Made by a program: the position numbers and the translations under genes. Below the pieces are notes generated by a model that was given only the letters and a program-made list of their open reading frames with translations, was not told the DNA's origin and did not search any database. DNA of 64,000 nucleotides from a virus. The stretch lies in IMG/VR virus record IMGVR_UViG_3300025030_000039, positions 60,878 to 124,877 of that record. The stretch is one strand, 5' to 3'. The number at the start of each line of letters is the position of its first letter. Position 1 is the first letter of the stretch. Positions 58,708 to 64,000 of this stretch are shown here, in pieces.

Positions 58708-59340
58708 TTAGATAAATTTTATGTTTAAATATCTCAGTTCTGCTGCTTTAGCAAAATCTCTATCTGTTGATTTATCACCTATTATTCTTGAATTAGCTTT
58801 ATCTATTTTTCCATATTTTTCTATAGTTTTAGTAATAGCTCCTATATTAGGTTTTCTCATAGGATCGGTTCTTTTAGTTGTTATACTATAGAAATAATCT
58901 AATAATGGAATTCCTTTTGCTGCTAATGATTTTTTAATTTTATTCATTTTATATTTAAAATCATCTTCATTAACATATCCTGATTCAATTCCTCCCTGAT
59001 TAGTTACAATAATTATTTTATAATTTTTTTTAACCATTATTTTTAAATATGCAATACAATTACTTTTTAATATCCAATCATTTTTATCCTCTGAAAATGT
59101 TCCTCCTGATGCAGGTTCAATTAATGTATGATCTAAATCTACAAAAATATATTTATTACCAAAAATTTCAGTTCTTATATCATCTTTATTTTCAGTATCA
59201 TATGTTATTTCCTTTTGAATATCTAGAGTTTTTTCCTCTGCATCTTTCTTTATAATTTTTTTCTTTTTCTTTCTTCTAAAAAGTCTTTGAAAAAAATTAT
59301 CTTCATTCAAAAAATCATCATATGTTTGTATATATTTCAT
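58708..59340 (-). CDS. HAD-IIIA family phosphatase (HisB-N/GmhB/PNK-phosphatase-like) with the leader variant MKYIQTYDDFLNE.
   Basis: IFVDLDHTLI (DxDxT motif I), IIVTNQGGIESGY (motif II, IIIA-type) and RIIGDKSTD (motif IV). Confidence 0.65.
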   Translation of the reverse strand: MKYIQTYDDFLNEDNFFQRLFRRKKKKKIIKKDAEEKTLDIQKEITYDTENKDDIRTEIFGNKYIFVDLDHTLIEPASGGTFSEDKNDWILKSNCIAYLKIMVKKNYKIIIVTNQGGIESGYVNEDDFKYKMNKIKKSLAAKGIPLLDYFYSITTKRTDPMRKPNIGAITKTIEKYGKIDKANSRIIGDKSTDRDFAKAAELRYLNIKFI

Positions 59341-59351
59341 ATTTTTATAAT

Positions 59352-59675
59352 TTAAGTTAATCCACTATGAATTTTATCATATATAGGTTTTTGTAAAATT
59401 TTCCAATTAATATCTGGATTCTTTTCTTTGATTTTATTTAAAATTTTATCTATTCTTTTATTTAATTCATTAGAAGGTTCATCATTTTTCCAATAATCAT
59501 CATTTAAAGAAACATTATATATTTTATCTGCTTGCATTTCATCTTCTTTAGTAACTACTATATTTTCATAATCTGGTATTAACTCTTTAGCATATTTTAT
59601 AAATTTATCATTTTGTTCATTTAGTTCTTCGGAACTACATGCTATATACTCTTCATACTCTTTTATATACTTCAT
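59352..59675 (-). CDS. Hypothetical protein with the leader variant MKYIKEYEEYIA.
   Basis: ORF. Confidence 0.4.
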   Translation of the reverse strand: MKYIKEYEEYIACSSEELNEQNDKFIKYAKELIPDYENIVVTKEDEMQADKIYNVSLNDDYWKNDEPSNELNKRIDKILNKIKEKNPDINWKILQKPIYDKIHSGLT

Positions 59676-59678
59676 TAT

Positions 59679-60884
59679 CTATAATTTTATTATATCAAAT
59701 TCAAAATTCAATCCAGCATCTAAACAAGCTTTTCTTTTCAATTCATTAACTTCTTTATTCTTATTATACGTATATACACTCTTTACTTCAATTATCTTAT
59801 TCTCACTAACTATATAAATATCTGGATAATAACGATGCTCTTTACCATCAATTGTAATATATATTACTTTCCCTATATATCTTTCAATATCTTTATTCTC
59901 AATCATTATATCACTCTCATCATATCCCATCTCAAACAATTTATCCAATGCTTGTGGTTCATAGCCCTGCACTCTAGTTATTTTACCAGAAGGCAATTCG
60001 TAACCTTTAAATCTAAATGCATTCATCATTGCTCTTTCAAATATAACTAAATCTTTCATTTGATGATCTACTCCATATCTTTCAATTAATGTTTCTTTAA
60101 TTTTTTCACGAATAATTGATGATTTAAATATCTGATCTACACCATATCTTTCAATTAATGTATTTTTTATTTTTTCTTTTATTTCATCAATATTTAATTT
60201 TAATGAACAATCTACATTATATCTTTTCATTAGTGTTTCTTTTATTTTTTTAGTTATACCTTCCTTTTTATGTCCATAAATTTTATCTTTAGTTTCATTA
60301 CATTTATTTATAACTTCTTTTACTTTCCAATTATGATCAACTCCATGCTTTTCTAAATAATTTTTTTTATATACTTCTCTAACAGTATTTGATTCAAATG
60401 GAGTTTTAAAACCATATTTTTTAATATTTGTATTTTCAATTTTTTTTCGAAATTCAGGATGTTGAATTGGTGCCTCAACTCCATATTTTTCTAACATAGT
60501 TTTTTTATACTTTTTTGCCCTTTTAATATAATGATTAGGATCATTCTTTTTTGTATTAACTATCTCATTGTACATATTACTATTAATTTTACAAATTTTA
60601 CTACAATACTTTTGATATCCTAAAGCTCTTCCTTTAAATCCTAATTCATTTTCTTTACATATAGGACAAATTGAAATATTTTGTACTTTATTAATGTAAT
60701 TAAATAATTTTTGAGAAAATTTAAAATCTTTATCTTTAAAATACTTATTATGATATTCTAATATTATTTTGAACTCTTTATTAAGATTTATTTCAAACCA
60801 GCTTTCAGCAGTATTAGCAGCTTTAGTTGCTTTTGAATAATAATATGACATTTTTTCTTCATCTAAAATTATTATACTTTCCAT
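59679..60884 (-). CDS. Homing-endonuclease-like protein of 401 aa with a Cys cluster, about six KIKETLIERYGVD-type repeats and a C-terminal PD-(D/E)xK-like domain. Paralogous in architecture to 2165..4108.
   Basis: ICPICKEN...CSKICK; repeats TMLEKYGVEAP, NIKKYGFKTP, LIERYGVDQ and LIERYGVDH; C-terminus YYPDIYIVSENKIIEVKS. Confidence 0.55.
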   Translation of the reverse strand: MESIIILDEEKMSYYYSKATKAANTAESWFEINLNKEFKIILEYHNKYFKDKDFKFSQKLFNYINKVQNISICPICKENELGFKGRALGYQKYCSKICKINSNMYNEIVNTKKNDPNHYIKRAKKYKKTMLEKYGVEAPIQHPEFRKKIENTNIKKYGFKTPFESNTVREVYKKNYLEKHGVDHNWKVKEVINKCNETKDKIYGHKKEGITKKIKETLMKRYNVDCSLKLNIDEIKEKIKNTLIERYGVDQIFKSSIIREKIKETLIERYGVDHQMKDLVIFERAMMNAFRFKGYELPSGKITRVQGYEPQALDKLFEMGYDESDIMIENKDIERYIGKVIYITIDGKEHRYYPDIYIVSENKIIEVKSVYTYNKNKEVNELKRKACLDAGLNFEFDIIKL

Positions 60885-60979
60885 ATATTTATTAATTTAA
60901 ATATTTTTACTTGATTTATTTTCTAGAAAATAAATCCTATATCTAATTTTATATGATATTTTAATTAAAAGTTTAGAAA

Positions 60980-61011
60980 TAAAAAAGTCAATACTTTTAA
61001 AAATATTGACT
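60980..61011 (-). terminator. Rho-independent terminator-like hairpin (agtcaata / tattgact 8 bp stem, 10 nt loop) followed by a U-run on the minus-strand transcript.
   Basis: The plus strand reads aaaaaagtcaatacttttaaaaatattgact, downstream of the gene ending at 61053. Confidence 0.5.
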
Positions 61012-61052
61012 TAAATTATCTGTTTATATAAAATATTATAACATATTGATTA

Positions 61053-61811
61053 TTAACTCGCAAAAAACCAATCGGTTCCTTCTTCTGATTTTAGCTGTTC
61101 ACGTATGGATTCAATTTCTTCTTTACCTTCATCACGAATTAAATCATAATTTAAAGTTATAGATCCGGGTAATTCAAAATTGAACGTTCCTAGTACTCTT
61201 GATATTTGGACTTTGCATTGGGCTACTACATATCTGTAGAATATTTCATCACTGAAAAGGCTACAGTCATCTATGTATTGGTATATTCTTAGAACTACGT
61301 GTCTTTTAGGTTGATCACCCATAAATCTTAGATTATGAGTTAGTCTATTAAAATCATAGCTAATTTTATTTACTAGAATTCTTCTAGATAGATCATAAAA
61401 ACTTTCATTAACAACATAATACATTAAGCTTTCAGATTGAAGTCCAGGCTGATACATATTGCCATAAATAAATTTATCTAAAGAGAAATCTTTATCCATT
61501 GAATTCCATCCATTATTACCGAAATTTTCTTTTCCTAGTTCATATAATCCATGAACTGAAAAAATATTTTCTGGTAATTTTACGCTTCTTGTTTCTTTGT
61601 ATTCTGGTCTAGACCACATTTCATCAAGTATAACAAAATATTTTTCTTCAACGGCCGTTTCGTAATGCTTCCAAAACCACTGTTTAGCATATTTAATAAT
61701 ACGAGTTATTTCTTTTGTAGGTATATTAATAGGTAGTTGACAAGCAACTGTAAGTTCTTGTTTGACTTCTTTTATTAATAAATCTAGGCATTGTAATTGT
61801 TCATTAGCCAT
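61053..61811 (-). CDS. Hypothetical protein.
   Basis: ORF. Confidence 0.4.
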   Translation of the reverse strand: MANEQLQCLDLLIKEVKQELTVACQLPINIPTKEITRIIKYAKQWFWKHYETAVEEKYFVILDEMWSRPEYKETRSVKLPENIFSVHGLYELGKENFGNNGWNSMDKDFSLDKFIYGNMYQPGLQSESLMYYVVNESFYDLSRRILVNKISYDFNRLTHNLRFMGDQPKRHVVLRIYQYIDDCSLFSDEIFYRYVVAQCKVQISRVLGTFNFELPGSITLNYDLIRDEGKEEIESIREQLKSEEGTDWFFAS

Positions 61812-61818
61812 AATAAAA

Positions 61819-62346
61819 TTAATTTAATATATTGTATAAGTTTTTAATTTTTGTTATTAATTCATTATTTGATTCTTCTATTTTAAAATTTTCATTATAA
61901 TGAGTTAATAAATCATATTTAATATCAAAATCAAAAGATTCATCATAAGATGCTTCTTTTTTTCTTTTCTTGGCCAGAGCGGCTATAGCAGCAGTACCTC
62001 CAACAACAGCAGCTCCAACACCTAATTTTTTCTTTAAACTCCAAGGTCTTTTAATATTTTTACCACTTTGTTTAACTAAATTTTTAACTGCAGCTTTAGA
62101 TTTCATTTTTCTATATTGTGCATTAGTCATTTTTTTACCATCAACATTGATCAATTCTTTACTTTGTTTTTTAATTTTAGTATTATCAAATAAACCTTCT
62201 TCTATAGTAGCATCTAAAAGTTTTTCAAATTCTACTTTATCTTCTGATTCATTATAAATATTAAATAATGAGTTAACAAATAATTCTTCATCAACTATAA
62301 TAGAATCTATTTCATTATAGTCATTTAAATCTAATAAGTATTTCAT
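61819..62346 (-). CDS. Membrane-anchored protein with the leader variant MKYLLDLNDY and a Gly/Ala-rich hydrophobic segment followed by KKRKK.
   Basis: GVGAAVVGGTAAIAALAKKRKKEA; paralogous to 23578..24429. Confidence 0.4.
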   Translation of the reverse strand: MKYLLDLNDYNEIDSIIVDEELFVNSLFNIYNESEDKVEFEKLLDATIEEGLFDNTKIKKQSKELINVDGKKMTNAQYRKMKSKAAVKNLVKQSGKNIKRPWSLKKKLGVGAAVVGGTAAIAALAKKRKKEASYDESFDFDIKYDLLTHYNENFKIEESNNELITKIKNLYNILN

Positions 62347-62347
62347 A

Positions 62348-62653
62348 TTATTGTATCGTTTGTTTTATTTTATCTATTGTTTTTTGTCCATTAGCTTTTA
62401 TAAATTCTGCATTTTGTAATGCTTTTTCTTTTTCTTTTTGAGCTAATATATCAGCCTTTGCTTTAATTGCTAAAGCTTTTTCATTTCCTCTTTCTTTAGC
62501 TCTTGTTACTTTATCGTCTATAACTTGTTTAATTTTTTCGATATCTTGTTCATTTAGATTTTCTTCTTTAGAAAAAAATTCATCTATTTCCATATTTGAT
62601 GTAATAAATTTTTCGTATATTACATGTTGTTCATAAGTTAAAAGTATTTTCAT
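62348..62653 (-). CDS. Small coiled-coil protein.
   Basis: ORF; N-terminus MKILLTYEQHVIYEKF. Confidence 0.35.
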   Translation of the reverse strand: MKILLTYEQHVIYEKFITSNMEIDEFFSKEENLNEQDIEKIKQVIDDKVTRAKERGNEKALAIKAKADILAQKEKEKALQNAEFIKANGQKTIDKIKQTIQ

Positions 62654-62655
62654 AA

Positions 62656-63963
62656 TTATATTTTTTTAAATTCTATTACATCTGTTTCTGGTGATATTAT
62701 AGCAAAGTTTCCAACAAAACCTTCTCTAAATATACCACCTTTCATTTCACCATTAAAGGTTCCTTTTTTACCATATACATAAATATTATTAGCAGTACAG
62801 GTTTTTCCAAAATAACAATTATTAATTTTTGAATTTTTAATATCTGTTTCCATATAAAGTTTACAATCATCTAAAATTGAATTATCTACTTTGCAATGGA
62901 ATAATTCACAATTTGAAAGATTTCCTTCTATTGTACATTCAATTAAATCAACATTACTTATTTCGTGACAATTTGTTAAATTTGCATTTCTTATTTGTAT
63001 TTTTCCTTTATCAGAATCATAATTTATTTCACCTTGTTTTAATTGTGCTTCACATAATATTTTAAATATTCTATCTCTAACATTTAAGTAATAAAGATTT
63101 GTTATTTTTGGATCATCCTGCATATCACAATAGAATTTAATTTTAGGAAATTCTGTAAATAAACCGTTTAAATCTTTATATGCTCTAATTAATTTTAGAT
63201 GTTTGTTAAAAATCATTTTTAATTCTTCTTTATTATCAGCAGAATATTCTTTGTTATTAACAGATCTAAATAATGATATTAAAGATTCATCTACAACTTT
63301 AATAATATCATCATATTTTTCATGATAATTTTTACCTCCTAAATATCTAAATTCTAAATAGCCTTTAATTAACTTAGTGAAATTAACTCCATAGTATTTA
63401 GTATGAGGCATTATAAAATTTTTAGGAGATATATTGTTAAAATCATAATCAGATTCTAAGAAATATTTATTTTGAGGTATTATAAATTTTATAGACTTAG
63501 CATATACATTGCTTCTTCTTTTAGGAAATATTTCGTATACATATTCTTCATCAAATTCTAAAATGAATTTTAAAACATCCATATGAGATAGAAAACCTTC
63601 TCCATACTTTTTAGAATCGAAAGAAACATTGTAATGAATACCACATCTATTAGTTGTATTTGCATTATCTTTAATATAGTCAAACGCTTTTCCTAATATT
63701 AATTTAGCTTCTATATATTTCATTGGGCCTGTAATTAATTCTAGAGTTTTTTCACCTCCAGAATAGTCAGGTTCCATTTTAAATGTTTTATCGTCAGGTT
63801 TAAAATCACTATGAGCTTTATCAAAATATTGAATTTTTTTACCTAAAATTTTCTGTAAAGTTTTTCTAGTTTCTTCAACAGATTGTTTAGGTATAAATTC
63901 AATCTCCCATCCAACTTTAGCTGAATGTAAAATATCATGGCTTGTTAAATCATCTAATTTCAT
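62656..63963 (-). CDS. Glutamine-synthetase-like amidoligase (Amidoligase_2-like) N-terminal domain fused to a C-terminal Cys-rich repeat (beta-helix-like) region.
   Basis: VGWEIEFIP (GxExE), GGEKTLELITGP and TNRCGIHYNVSF (CGxHVHV-like) match the amidoligase_2 pattern; C-terminal NLTNCHEISNVDLIECTIEGNLSNCELFHCKVDNS repeats. Confidence 0.45.
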   Translation of the reverse strand: MKLDDLTSHDILHSAKVGWEIEFIPKQSVEETRKTLQKILGKKIQYFDKAHSDFKPDDKTFKMEPDYSGGEKTLELITGPMKYIEAKLILGKAFDYIKDNANTTNRCGIHYNVSFDSKKYGEGFLSHMDVLKFILEFDEEYVYEIFPKRRSNVYAKSIKFIIPQNKYFLESDYDFNNISPKNFIMPHTKYYGVNFTKLIKGYLEFRYLGGKNYHEKYDDIIKVVDESLISLFRSVNNKEYSADNKEELKMIFNKHLKLIRAYKDLNGLFTEFPKIKFYCDMQDDPKITNLYYLNVRDRIFKILCEAQLKQGEINYDSDKGKIQIRNANLTNCHEISNVDLIECTIEGNLSNCELFHCKVDNSILDDCKLYMETDIKNSKINNCYFGKTCTANNIYVYGKKGTFNGEMKGGIFREGFVGNFAIISPETDVIEFKKI

Positions 63964-64000
63964 ATTATAGATTATAATTTAAATATATATTAAAAGGTCA

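Overview
The window is AT-rich (about a quarter GC) and reads as a tailed-phage genome segment with T4-like gene content. Coding is dense and almost entirely on the minus strand; 56196..57197 is the only plus-strand gene.

The window has three regions:
- 1..22.6 kb: DNA and nucleotide metabolism. This covers a class II ribonucleotide reductase, a family B DNA polymerase fragment, dUTPase, an SF2 helicase, a DHH phosphoesterase, FAD-dependent thymidylate synthase ThyX, a DnaG-type primase, a gp32-like single-strand binding protein and a GroES/gp31-like co-chaperonin.
- 24.9..53.2 kb: a late structural module. This covers a gp25-like baseplate wedge protein, several 1000-1800 aa proteins, and a 1789 aa tail fibre ending in a Peptidase S74 intramolecular chaperone domain.
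- 54..64 kb: an accessory cluster of small paralogous genes.

Selfish elements are abundant. ThyX carries an intein with an HNH domain inserted in its RHR-x7-S signature. The NrdJ ORF ends in a 115 aa N-fragment of a split intein. The polymerase ORF stops between motif A and motif B and is followed by a homing-endonuclease-like ORF. A GIY-YIG endonuclease and two repeat-array nuclease-like ORFs are also present.

The most striking signal is a conserved N-terminal leader, MKYILEYEEFLLE and variants, on at least 14 otherwise unrelated proteins. These include an RNA ligase, a HAD-IIIA phosphatase, an LRR protein and a GNAT acetyltransferase. The leader resembles the T4 capsid targeting sequence, so these are candidate packaged and injected effector proteins.

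All calls rest on motif recognition by eye; no database searches were run.
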